From the IMG/VR virus record IMGVR_UViG_3300035492_000099, positions 1 through 53,111 of that record: a stretch of DNA of 53,111 bases. The stretch is one strand, 5' to 3'. The position numbers and the translations under genes are program-made. This document shows positions 37,578-46,710 of this stretch, in pieces. The notes under the pieces were generated by a model. It did no database searches. It worked only from the letters and a program-made list of their open reading frames with translations, and was not told the origin of the DNA. Origin of the DNA: a virus (taxonomy: Duplodnaviria > Caudoviricetes). The first letter of the stretch is position 1. The number at the start of each line of letters is the position of its first letter.

Positions 37578-37996
37578 TCTTCTTCTCCATGTGAAATAAT
37601 ATCTAAATGTTCATCAAATAATTCATACTCTTCTCTACTTACACGCATTTTCTCTATTGTCATTGCTGTGTAATTTGGTAGAGAAGAAATTCTTGTCAAT
37701 TCTTCTTGCAATGCAAGGTCTTTCGTCCCCACTTTCTCTATCTTATTCTCAAGTGTGCAATATTCACTTTTGAGCCATTCGTTGTCCCCTCTTTCACTCC
37801 CAACCCACCTTCCAGAATAATAAACATCGTTATCAATCATTGCCCTGTGAAAGCAAATCTGATAGTCAATAGGTTGTTTAATATCAAACCCTATGTTGTG
37901 TAATAGCACAACAAATTCTGCTTTATTGCCGCTTTGAACAATATCCCTACTTTCAGGGAATGAAAGAAGGTCAATAACACTAATTGCTCTGTGCAT
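37574..37996 (-). CDS. Hypothetical protein
   Basis: RBS AAGGAGAGG; between thyX and nrdA. Confidence 0.7.
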   Translation of the reverse strand: MHRAISVIDLLSFPESRDIVQSGNKAEFVVLLHNIGFDIKQPIDYQICFHRAMIDNDVYYSGRWVGSERGDNEWLKSEYCTLENKIEKVGTKDLALQEELTRISSLPNYTAMTIEKMRVSREEYELFDEHLDIISHGEED

Positions 37997-38005
37997 AACC
38001 TCTCC

Positions 38006-38683
38006 TTATTTTGTAAGCATTTCCTCTAAGAAAGGAAACTTCTCAACCACCGCTTCTTTAATAGCACGAGCTAGATATACATGCTCTCGTTGTGTAACAC
38101 CCTCATCATCTCTCACATTCAAATATGTGATAACACTGCGAATTGTTGCATTCAAATACATATAACTCATTGTATTTCCTTCTGGAAGAATTACACGAGC
38201 ACATTCTTTGGCAATATTGTTATCAATAGCCCATTTGTAATTCTCTTGAACTAAATCCAACACTTCTTGTTGCCTACGACCCCACTCTTCTTGAAGAGAA
38301 TTATCATCAATGATAACACTATTCTGACGATTTTTCTTATCCTGTAAACGTGCTTCGCGGATAACAAATTGCTGTGCTTCAGCATATCTTTGACTAAACT
38401 CTTGAAACTTCATAGAGCTATGTCGCAACACTTGTCTTGCAATGTCTCGTGGAACCTCTACTTCAACAACTACGTTAGCCATATCAAACACAGACCAGTG
38501 TTGATTACGCATACAATACTTTAGAAGCCCTGCTGCTGAATCAAAGTTTGTTTGATTTGATGGATTACTAACACGAGCACAATAACTGATAATTCCTTCA
38601 CTATCAGGAATAAAATCAACCACTGGCACTGTGACTCCTATCAAACGTGCTTTGATGAAATCATAATTCATATCACTCTGCAT
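38006..38683 (-). CDS. thyX: Flavin-dependent thymidylate synthase
   Basis: HWSVF, QVLRHSSMKFQEFSQRY, AKECARVILP. Confidence 0.95.
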   Translation of the reverse strand: MQSDMNYDFIKARLIGVTVPVVDFIPDSEGIISYCARVSNPSNQTNFDSAAGLLKYCMRNQHWSVFDMANVVVEVEVPRDIARQVLRHSSMKFQEFSQRYAEAQQFVIREARLQDKKNRQNSVIIDDNSLQEEWGRRQQEVLDLVQENYKWAIDNNIAKECARVILPEGNTMSYMYLNATIRSVITYLNVRDDEGVTQREHVYLARAIKEAVVEKFPFLEEMLTK

Positions 38684-38915
38684 CTTTCAACAACTCCTTA
38701 ATTTCATCTAATTTATTACCAACCACTACACCAATAACAGCATCATCGTGTCGATACACCACCGTTGTAGGAACACCACGTATATTCAAAGAACGCACTT
38801 CTTGCATATTTTTCAAAACATCTTTTTCTTCAAAAGGAATAAATTCCCCTTTCAGACGCTCTTTCAAAGAAACACAAGAGGAACACCCTGTTCCAGAAAA
38901 CACAACAACTTTCAT
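38673..38915 (-). CDS. Glutaredoxin/thioredoxin-like protein
   Basis: CSSC active site, IRGVPT. Confidence 0.85.
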   Translation of the reverse strand: MKVVVFSGTGCSSCVSLKERLKGEFIPFEEKDVLKNMQEVRSLNIRGVPTTVVYRHDDAVIGVVVGNKLDEIKELLKDAE

Positions 38916-39148
38916 TCTACCTCCAAACTTTTTATGATTTTATACGCCAATTCTTCACCAATATTGTATATGTTTTCAGGATAGTTTCCTTCATTTTCCA
39001 TAATTCTACCATTATATTGTTCAATTTGCTTCTTCACCAACGATGCTCTATCTTCCACCCTTTTATACCTCTTCCTCTCACCATCAATGTCAAAGATAGC
39101 GCCGATCACACCCAGCATCCAAATCTTTTCTTCGTTTGTCAATTCCAT
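38912..39148 (-). CDS. Hypothetical protein
   Basis: Coupled ORF in the operon. Confidence 0.55.
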   Translation of the reverse strand: MELTNEEKIWMLGVIGAIFDIDGERKRYKRVEDRASLVKKQIEQYNGRIMENEGNYPENIYNIGEELAYKIIKSLEVE

Positions 39149-39149
39149 T

Positions 39150-39641
39150 TTATTTCTCTGAGAAATACATCTTTGTTTCTAATGGAATAAACTGTGAGAG
39201 ATTGGGTGGAACGTGGTTTTTCAATTTCATCACTTTGTTATCTCCACTTCTCAACACTGTATAATACGTTGTGAATTTATCATTGTAAATGAATACAAAA
39301 CAATTTCCATAATCTTTTGCTGTTTGTTTAGCAAGGGAAATATCTTCTGTAATCTTATTGAGATTGTTCATAGCCACTTCATGCTTTGCTTTCTCAACAT
39401 CAATCCCTAGAGCCTCCAGCATATCGTCCATCCATTCACGAACATACCAGACATCTACAACACCATCCAACACTTCCTGAATATCACGATTGTTTACACC
39501 ATCCAGCACCTCTTGTACCTCTTCTACAAGACGTTCTGCTTGATTTTTCAAAGACTGCCAAACACTTTCCTTACTGTCATTCAATCCAAGCGGCATTTTC
39601 CCTGCACGGTGATTGAATTTAGTAATACGATTATCACTCAT
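39150..39641 (-). CDS. MazG-like NTP pyrophosphohydrolase
   Basis: LVEEVQE...EVLDGVVDVWYV...NNLNK...KVMK. Confidence 0.75.
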   Translation of the reverse strand: MSDNRITKFNHRAGKMPLGLNDSKESVWQSLKNQAERLVEEVQEVLDGVNNRDIQEVLDGVVDVWYVREWMDDMLEALGIDVEKAKHEVAMNNLNKITEDISLAKQTAKDYGNCFVFIYNDKFTTYYTVLRSGDNKVMKLKNHVPPNLSQFIPLETKMYFSEK

Positions 39642-39852
39642 TGTTTTCTCCTTTCAACACGTTTTCAAACATTTCATAAACCTTGTCTTCATATTCATCA
39701 TCGGAATATTGAGAAATGCTTTCTTGTAATTCATCCATCGTTGTGTATTTCAAAGCGATTGATCGAAGATTGTCCACCATATCTTGATCACCAACACACA
39801 TGTTAATCAATGCACTGATAAGTACATTTTCTTCAAGAGAATATTTTTTCAT
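39634..39852 (-). CDS. Hypothetical protein
   Basis: Coupled ORF. Confidence 0.55.
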   Translation of the reverse strand: MKKYSLEENVLISALINMCVGDQDMVDNLRSIALKYTTMDELQESISQYSDDEYEDKVYEMFENVLKGENNE

Positions 39853-40125
39853 TTACATTTCCTTATTAACAATTTCATTTACAATTTGTTTCAATATTCG
39901 TTTGAAATGATCATAATCTTTCATTTCCCGTACTTCACCTAATTCGTGAATAATAACATTCAAAGTGTTTTGATCAACATCTGAAAAGATGTCTCCTAAT
40001 GCCAGTAACCCATCGCTAGACTCAACAGAAACGATAATTGTTGAAAGAACTACTAACTCTTTATCTGTAAACTTTTTACTCATATATTTCTCCTTAATCG
40101 TATCTAATCCAACGGCCTTCTTCAT
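39853..40125 (-). CDS. Hypothetical protein
   Basis: Real start probably MSKKFTD after AAGGAGA. Confidence 0.55.
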   Translation of the reverse strand: MKKAVGLDTIKEKYMSKKFTDKELVVLSTIIVSVESSDGLLALGDIFSDVDQNTLNVIIHELGEVREMKDYDHFKRILKQIVNEIVNKEM

Positions 40126-40981
40126 TTAAAATCATTGGCTCCAGAATAGGAAGTGAATCAATTATAACACCAGTCCCTATCACAGGTCTTTTAATATTTA
40201 CATTGTTGTAGTTGAATGCGAGAGCATCGTCATCAATTAAACACCCTGCTTGCATGGCCCAAAACAGCCCGTTAGGGTTCCCCCAATAATCAATCTTTAA
40301 TGTTTCATGGTAGTGTCCTTGTACAGCACACATACCCATCTGTTGACTGAGTTTAACAACATCACTTGTCTTACCATGATGAATATAACACCTTTGCCCA
40401 TTAGGGAGTGTGATTGTCAGATCAAAACTCCATTTCCAACCATCATCCACACCAAGAACATCATTATATGATTTTATATAATGTTTTGGAATGCCGAATG
40501 TTTTTGCTTTACGCCACACAAGACTCCCATGATTTGACTCAATAATGTCCATCTTTGGAAAGATTTCAAATAAGTCTTTAATCACTGGAATGCTTTTACG
40601 CAATTCATCACCAGCACTAGGAAGGTCTGGATCAGAATCATGATAACTCAAGGCATGTTTATCAAGCTCATCTCCTAAACAAATAACTCTTGTTGGTGAA
40701 TACTTATTCTTCAGATGTTTCAAAAACGGAATTAAATCTTGATGATGATATGGAATGTGCATGTCACTAATCAAAAGAATCCTTGAATTATCTTCGTCTC
40801 TTCCCTCTTTTCTTACAGAGTATACTTCACTACTATGCTTTTCTTCAACCACCCTCTGACTAAACACTTTACGCAGATAGTCTGAAACAGTTGTACGAGG
40901 TTTATCTATTGCTAATGCAATTTGTCTCCACGACATCCCCGTTTCAGCAAGCTCCGTGGCTTGTTTGTGCCAATCGTCCAT
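40094..40981 (-). CDS. Metallophosphoesterase with N-terminal HTH
   Basis: ISDMHIP, LGDELD, SNH, HHG, GHYH. Confidence 0.85.
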   Translation of the reverse strand: MDDWHKQATELAETGMSWRQIALAIDKPRTTVSDYLRKVFSQRVVEEKHSSEVYSVRKEGRDEDNSRILLISDMHIPYHHQDLIPFLKHLKNKYSPTRVICLGDELDKHALSYHDSDPDLPSAGDELRKSIPVIKDLFEIFPKMDIIESNHGSLVWRKAKTFGIPKHYIKSYNDVLGVDDGWKWSFDLTITLPNGQRCYIHHGKTSDVVKLSQQMGMCAVQGHYHETLKIDYWGNPNGLFWAMQAGCLIDDDALAFNYNNVNIKRPVIGTGVIIDSLPILEPMILNEEGRWIRYD

Positions 40982-41533
40982 TTATTCTCCTTTCTTTAAA
41001 ATATCTTCTATCTGCTTCCTACGCTTCACCTGTGTGCTTTCTGGAACAACGCCACGATCTTCAAGCCAAAGTCTGTCCTTTTTTTCTTTAACTATTTTGA
41101 TTGCCGTCTTTTCAGCTAAAGCATCTTCAAAAGAGATTCCCTTCTTATCTGCATAAGCTAAGGAAGAGTTGCAATTCTTACACACAAGCCGTAAATCGTC
41201 CTTTGTAATGAAAAGGAGCCGTTCTACAAACCCTTGTATATCTTCCTTTCTTTGTAGACTCCCTGCCGGGACAACGTGATCTACTTGTCCCTCTCTCATG
41301 GGGAATGTACCTCCACACATCTCACAATCAAACCCCCACACAGTGGGACGGTTTCCTCTTGGGTTGGGGTTGGGTATTTGATATCTCCTACTATTGAGTA
41401 AAGTTATTTTAATCGGATTAGTTGACCAAGCCTTTCTAAGACAACCTCTCAGATACGTATAGAACGCCACTGAATTTTTCCAAGGGGTTCCTTCCCCCCA
41501 AGGTATTTTATTTTCTTTTTCTTTCTTTTCCAT
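40982..41533 (-). CDS. HNH-type endonuclease of the replication module
   Basis: CEMC, QVDH, LRLVCKNC. Confidence 0.75.
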   Translation of the reverse strand: MEKKEKENKIPWGEGTPWKNSVAFYTYLRGCLRKAWSTNPIKITLLNSRRYQIPNPNPRGNRPTVWGFDCEMCGGTFPMREGQVDHVVPAGSLQRKEDIQGFVERLLFITKDDLRLVCKNCNSSLAYADKKGISFEDALAEKTAIKIVKEKKDRLWLEDRGVVPESTQVKRRKQIEDILKKGE

Positions 41534-41810
41534 CTACTTCATCTCCTAGCGTGATAGACGCTCTTCGTAATTCCATAGCGTGATACCCCTCTTTGTGTTT
41601 CTGCCAAATTTCAATAGCACGTTCTATTTTATCTTGATTATCTAAAGATTTAATGTATTCTTCCAAAGACCCGTATTCAGCATAACGCCAATAATGATTT
41701 CTAAGCCATTTGAATGCTGCGTGTCTGCTTGCAAAAAACCATGTAAATCTTTCCCCTGACCTTGTGTTTACAAAATAATAAGCTGGAAGTTGATTTTTAA
41801 TACGTCCCAT
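41508..41810 (-). CDS. Hypothetical protein
   Basis: RBS GAGGG; within the operon. Confidence 0.6.
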   Translation of the reverse strand: MGRIKNQLPAYYFVNTRSGERFTWFFASRHAAFKWLRNHYWRYAEYGSLEEYIKSLDNQDKIERAIEIWQKHKEGYHAMELRRASITLGDEVDGKERKRK

Positions 41811-41817
41811 ACATCCC

Positions 41818-42819
41818 TCAAATTAGTTTATATCTTTTTAAAATAGAGTGGACATCAACATAGTCTTTGTCTTTGTTTCTCCACATATGCACAAGATTAA
41901 AGCATTCTTGAAACACGTAAAGAGCGTCTATTTCAATCTCATCGCCTCTCCACCCAATAATCTTTTTCTTTTCTGGATATAGGTGTCTAAAGACCTCCCA
42001 CATCACTTTCCACGCTTCTCTGTCTGACTTAACATCTTTCAAAGCATTGTAACTACTCATATCAGCCCATTTAATATCAGAGAAACAATTAGCTTTATAA
42101 TTGTCTACACTATCTCCGTTGATACATTGAAAATATTTCCAAATACGTCCATAACCATAAACATCACCATTAGGCTGAATAGACAATTCTCCAAACACAT
42201 CACAATCAATAACACCCCGGTCAGGATAGTTTGGATTAAACACTTTAACAGGACATCCGAGAGCATCCTTATCAATAGCACAAACAACACCGCCTTCTTC
42301 CAAAGCTGTAATGATGCACATGTCATCTGCTTCCAATCCTTCAACAATTTGTGCACTGTGATGTTTAATCAAATAATCTTCCATTTCCTCTTTCAATAGG
42401 GGCTTACCATCTGGATCACGATTTCCCTTATATTCAAGCAATGTAGAAAAACCGTGTCTAAAAGACTTCCCTCTCCCAATATAACCAATATATTCTGTGC
42501 AATTGGTTTGTTCCAATGCTTTATTGATCATTATCTTGGAAGTGTGCAGAGCATTTTCAATAGGCTCTGCAACACGTATTGTTTCTACAGAGAATTCTTC
42601 TCTTGTGAAAGGAGATAGACCCTTTTCAATACGCTTTGTATTTGTTTCCCCAAGCCATCCTTCAATTTCTTTCTTTTTTCTTCCCCAGAATTCCGTAACA
42701 TTCTTAAATGTTCTTTTCCTCCCCGAAGGAATATGAGTTACGATGATATTCCTGCTTTCACTAGCAAATCCAGCGGCATACAATATCCAATCGTAATCTA
42801 TTACAAGCAATTTGCCCAT
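41818..42819 (-). CDS. 5'-3' exonuclease (T7 gp6/RNase H-like)
   Basis: IDYD, YKGNR, LEADD, IDKD, GDSVDNY. Confidence 0.9.
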   Translation of the reverse strand: MGKLLVIDYDWILYAAGFASESRNIIVTHIPSGRKRTFKNVTEFWGRKKKEIEGWLGETNTKRIEKGLSPFTREEFSVETIRVAEPIENALHTSKIMINKALEQTNCTEYIGYIGRGKSFRHGFSTLLEYKGNRDPDGKPLLKEEMEDYLIKHHSAQIVEGLEADDMCIITALEEGGVVCAIDKDALGCPVKVFNPNYPDRGVIDCDVFGELSIQPNGDVYGYGRIWKYFQCINGDSVDNYKANCFSDIKWADMSSYNALKDVKSDREAWKVMWEVFRHLYPEKKKIIGWRGDEIEIDALYVFQECFNLVHMWRNKDKDYVDVHSILKRYKLI

Positions 42820-42938
42820 TCTTATTTCCTCTAAGCCACTTAAAGCCTCTCTAAGCGTTTTAAATAAGAAAGGAATACCGAAGTATCCCTTTATGATTTA
42901 AATTGAATAGAGGCCCGTTTAGAGCCTCTAAGAGCTAT

Positions 42939-43202
42939 TTAAGCGTTAGCAACAACGTCTACAACAGCTTCCAATGCTTCGAGCTTTGCTTTTTGTTCAT
43001 CTAGGTTGGCTTTAAAGATTGTTTCAATCACTTTAGTGACTTCTGCTGGAGGAATTTCATATTCCTCTTTCAAATGTGCAGCAATGTCTTTGATGGATTG
43101 TTTGCTTTCTTCAATCTGCCAACGAATCTGAACACCTTCGTTAATTGCTTTAATGATTGCTTCACGCTTGTCGAGGTTGTTAATACTGTTTAGAATTTCC
43201 AC
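42939..43202 (-). CDS. Putative dsDNA-binding protein (T4 DsbA-like)
   Basis: Helical 87 aa, IKDIAAHLKEEYEIPP. Confidence 0.5.
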   Translation of the reverse strand: MEILNSINNLDKREAIIKAINEGVQIRWQIEESKQSIKDIAAHLKEEYEIPPAEVTKVIETIFKANLDEQKAKLEALEAVVDVVANA

Positions 43203-43248
43203 TTATTTCTCCTTTAAATTAAAAACCACTTAAAACACACCTTCATGG

Positions 43249-44112
43249 TTAGAAGGGAACCCCATCAGGATCGTCATCAAATGCGCTATCTGGAATATAT
43301 ACATCATCCACTTGTTCTGGTGTTGCCTCTTTCTTAGCTGTTGCTTTCTTTGCTGCTACCTTTTTAACTGGTGCTTTAACCTCTTGCTTAGGAGCATTCA
43401 GCGACTTAACAACATCAACAGAGAAAGGAACAATATCATTGACAAATTCAATAATGAAATCAAACACTTCATCAAGATCATCACACAATTGTGCAGCAAT
43501 CACTGTGGCCTGTCCCGTCGCAACCCCAACTTCAAAATCAGACATAGAGGGGTTGGCTTCTTTCACTGCAAGACGAGCTTTGTGTGACACTTCAGCAAAG
43601 AATTTGATTGCCTCTTTCATCTCTACACCATCAAATCGAGACATCCACGCTGCTGCTGCTGTACGAGCATTGCCTGCAACAATTGGTGTGTCATCCTTCT
43701 TAGCGTATGTGTTCGAAGAACCGCCTTGTGAAGTTTGTGGAGCACGTTGTGCTTGTGCAGGTGCGCCTTGTCCTTTTTCAAGGAGTTTGATTTTGCTTGT
43801 TGCGCTGTTGTAATAAGTTTTGCCATTATACTCGCTTGGTGTAACAATGATACGCACCGTATCACCAACATCAACAGATTCCCATTTAGGGCTTACCTTC
43901 GAACCAGTGTTAATGCGAATCTGGGGTTGTATCCCTTCTTTGGTTTTAACATTGACATTGTTCACCCAATCATCACCAATTCGGATACCGAATTTATGTG
44001 TATTATCAAACTTATCATTAGCGAGTTCTTTCACAGAAAGTTGTTCAATAACACCTTCAACAAGAGTCATTTCGCTATCATCAACTGGATTTGTTACTGT
44101 TTTAATTGCCAT
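43249..44112 (-). CDS. Putative single-stranded DNA-binding protein
   Basis: OB-like N-terminus, acidic tail ending DDDPDGVPF, in the replication module. Confidence 0.55.
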   Translation of the reverse strand: MAIKTVTNPVDDSEMTLVEGVIEQLSVKELANDKFDNTHKFGIRIGDDWVNNVNVKTKEGIQPQIRINTGSKVSPKWESVDVGDTVRIIVTPSEYNGKTYYNSATSKIKLLEKGQGAPAQAQRAPQTSQGGSSNTYAKKDDTPIVAGNARTAAAAWMSRFDGVEMKEAIKFFAEVSHKARLAVKEANPSMSDFEVGVATGQATVIAAQLCDDLDEVFDFIIEFVNDIVPFSVDVVKSLNAPKQEVKAPVKKVAAKKATAKKEATPEQVDDVYIPDSAFDDDPDGVPF

Positions 44113-44132
44113 ATTTTAATTCCCCTTTTAAA

Positions 44133-44318
44133 TTACCGTACAAATTTTTGTGCAGCGTATTGCACAATCTTCAAATTCTTCAAACCTTTATTAATTTCAA
44201 GGCTTCCTTTACGAGCACGGGCTTTCTGCCGTGTATTCACAGGAGCGCCATACACATATCCTGTAGAACGATTAACAACAACATAGAGGTTGATTGGAAT
44301 TGATTTATTTCGATTCAT
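44133..44318 (-). CDS. Small basic hypothetical protein
   Basis: RBS AAGGAGA. Confidence 0.6.
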   Translation of the reverse strand: MNRNKSIPINLYVVVNRSTGYVYGAPVNTRQKARARKGSLEINKGLKNLKIVQYAAQKFVR

Positions 44319-44331
44319 TTATTTCTCCTTA

Positions 44332-44535
44332 TTAATTGATACAAACAGCATTCAGAGGATCATCACCACTAAAATCCATCTCACCCTCAAACAAAGTTCC
44401 TGCTGAGGCGCTGTGATAGACCTTGTGGTAGTCATTCCCTTCATCGTCAGAGGCATATACAACATCTAATTCTGCCCATTCCGGGTTTTCTTTCAATTGT
44501 TTTGAGAGGATTCCCACATAATCTTTAAACTTCAT
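44332..44535 (-). CDS. Hypothetical protein
   Basis: VVYASDDEGNDY; RBS AAGGAGA. Confidence 0.65.
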   Translation of the reverse strand: MKFKDYVGILSKQLKENPEWAELDVVYASDDEGNDYHKVYHSASAGTLFEGEMDFSGDDPLNAVCIN

Positions 44536-44565
44536 TTTCTCTCCTTTAATGAGACAAGAAACGAT

Positions 44566-44594
44566 ATTGTTTCATACTTTCAAGAATTTGTCAA
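44566..44594 (-). promoter_or_regulatory. sigma70-type promoter
   Basis: TTGACA-17 nt-AACAAT with extended TG. Confidence 0.55.
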
Positions 44595-44610
44595 GCACTT
44601 TATAAAATAT

Positions 44611-46701
44611 TTAGTGCGTTTCTTTCCAGTTTTTTCCATGTTTTCCTTCTCCTGCTAGTTCAACATTGAGTTTAAGATATTGTCCTGCTTTTTTAATAGC
44701 CTTTTCAATCATCTTACTCACTTCTTCTGCAATAGGCTCTTCACATTCGTATTCGGCCTCGTCATGAAAATAGCCGATGCGTCGAACAACATAGTCCTTG
44801 TAGAGATAATATGGTCTGCGTTTATCATCCCAATAAATCTTTCCAAGCCAACTATCCATAAAGCAACAAGCATAGTCCATAACAATTCCACCACAAGATT
44901 GGAATATTGTGTTTAACAAAGCACTCTTTTTCCTTGTGATAAGAATACGCCCATCAATTGCAGGAAGATATTTCTTTTTCCCCTTACTTTCCCAATATTT
45001 CTCAAGAGCATCTTTGAGTTTCTTAGTGCCTTCGTTTGCTTTCCAGAATTTCTCTGAAATCTCCTTACCCCTGCTTTCTGGCAACCCTGCTGTTGAGGCA
45101 ATCTTGGCATCTCCTGCTCCATACATCGCAGCATAATATACGTTCTTACTTCGATCACGGTAAGGTTTGAATACAGGATCATCTTTGTTGAAATTTGGAG
45201 ATGTGATGTCGAAATCTTTCAATTTATCTTCATAGACAGATTTAGCTGTCTTACTATGAATGTCACCATCAAGCAATTCTTTAGCTGTTTCACCTTGGTC
45301 GTATCTCCAACAATAATGCCCTTGCACCCTACCTTCTAAAGCTGCTGCATCTCCTGCTGCAATTAACATCCCATCTTCAGCAATCCACAATGAGCGAAAC
45401 TCATGTCCTAGAAGCACTTTATCAGATGCCTTTGGTACATTAACAACTACCTTGTGCTTTTGCCTGTGTGTGGACGCTATCCCTGTGCGTCCTGCGCCAA
45501 TCCTCCCATCATATTTTAATCGTGGATTATCTAACCACCCTTGTAGCACAGATTGTCGATTACGAAGAGATAGCCACTTAACAACAAGCTTAACTAAATC
45601 CCCATCCATTGCTTCAAGATTTGGGCAAATACGTCCTTGCTCTTGAATTTTTGGTGTTGTGGGAATCAATTGTCTTGTTACAGGATCACGCATTGGTTTC
45701 CCATCTGGCCCTCGCTTGTAATTAAACAAGGTGGGTTTCCAACCTTGCTCCAAAAACCAACTCTTCATTTGATCCTGATTTGCCATCTCCATCGGCATTG
45801 CCACATCTAAGAGAGCGCCACCAACAACTTCATAATCTTTACCATAGAATTCAATAACTCCTTCTTTGATAGCACCATTGTGCTTTTCAATGAATTTCAA
45901 CATGTGTGAAGAATACGTCCCATCCTTTTTAAACGGTTTTGCTGGCATTGTATATTCTTTCTGCTCTGTTTTCTTTAACCCACGAGGAGGAAGTTGTGGT
46001 TCAACAATAGCGCGTATTTCCTCCATCATATCACCAATTCTGTCTTTCAACTTCAATCCTGCTTCAATATCAAATTTCCACCCTGCAAGCTCTTGGCAAG
46101 ACATCAGAAAGAATGCCTTTTGTCCACACTTATATGCGTCTGTTATTTTAAAATCTGATTCGTAAATTGCTTTCCACTCTTGTTTCAAATATTGAAAAAC
46201 CTTAGCACCGACAATGGTGTCTGTAGAACAATACTCCTCCATCAATGGGTGATAGAATTTGAATTGCTCACCATCTGGAGCATCTTTCGGCAATACACCA
46301 AGATTAATAAGCTCTTGACGATAATCAAGTTTAGGAAACCCCAACAACCCACCAAAGTATTCAATACTGTGTCCTTCACGGTCTGGATTCAAAAACATTG
46401 AGAGGTAGTAGGTATCAATAAACTGGACAGGTTTCCCTTCAATCGTGTCTGGCCCAACGGTAAAATCAATATCAAGAATGTTCCTCAACACAAAGATGTC
46501 AAATCCCAGCCCATTATGGAAAACAATTTCAGGGCAATCCTCTTGAAAAATAAAAGAAATCAATTCATCTTTTGAATTCTTATTCTTAAAAGGGTTTGTT
46601 GAGAATCTCTCTTTTGTTTTTGTATTTGTTGCATGAATTGTCCAGATTTTTGTAGATTCAAAAACAAAACCATCTGATTCAATATCGATCACTACACTCA
46701 T
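44611..46701 (-). CDS. DNA polymerase family A (T7-like)
   Basis: DIESDG exo I, HNGLGFD exo II, DAAALEGR motif A, RDRSKNVYYAAMYG motif B, FHDE motif C. Confidence 0.96.
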   Translation of the reverse strand: MSVVIDIESDGFVFESTKIWTIHATNTKTKERFSTNPFKNKNSKDELISFIFQEDCPEIVFHNGLGFDIFVLRNILDIDFTVGPDTIEGKPVQFIDTYYLSMFLNPDREGHSIEYFGGLLGFPKLDYRQELINLGVLPKDAPDGEQFKFYHPLMEEYCSTDTIVGAKVFQYLKQEWKAIYESDFKITDAYKCGQKAFFLMSCQELAGWKFDIEAGLKLKDRIGDMMEEIRAIVEPQLPPRGLKKTEQKEYTMPAKPFKKDGTYSSHMLKFIEKHNGAIKEGVIEFYGKDYEVVGGALLDVAMPMEMANQDQMKSWFLEQGWKPTLFNYKRGPDGKPMRDPVTRQLIPTTPKIQEQGRICPNLEAMDGDLVKLVVKWLSLRNRQSVLQGWLDNPRLKYDGRIGAGRTGIASTHRQKHKVVVNVPKASDKVLLGHEFRSLWIAEDGMLIAAGDAAALEGRVQGHYCWRYDQGETAKELLDGDIHSKTAKSVYEDKLKDFDITSPNFNKDDPVFKPYRDRSKNVYYAAMYGAGDAKIASTAGLPESRGKEISEKFWKANEGTKKLKDALEKYWESKGKKKYLPAIDGRILITRKKSALLNTIFQSCGGIVMDYACCFMDSWLGKIYWDDKRRPYYLYKDYVVRRIGYFHDEAEYECEEPIAEEVSKMIEKAIKKAGQYLKLNVELAGEGKHGKNWKETH

Positions 46702-46710
46702 TTTCTCTCC

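Noticed and set aside
43735-44286. Long antisense ORFs (also 30582-31055, 32661-33059, 47738-48166, 3965-4468)
   Set aside because: Shadows of well-supported genes on the opposite strand, with no RBS or motifs
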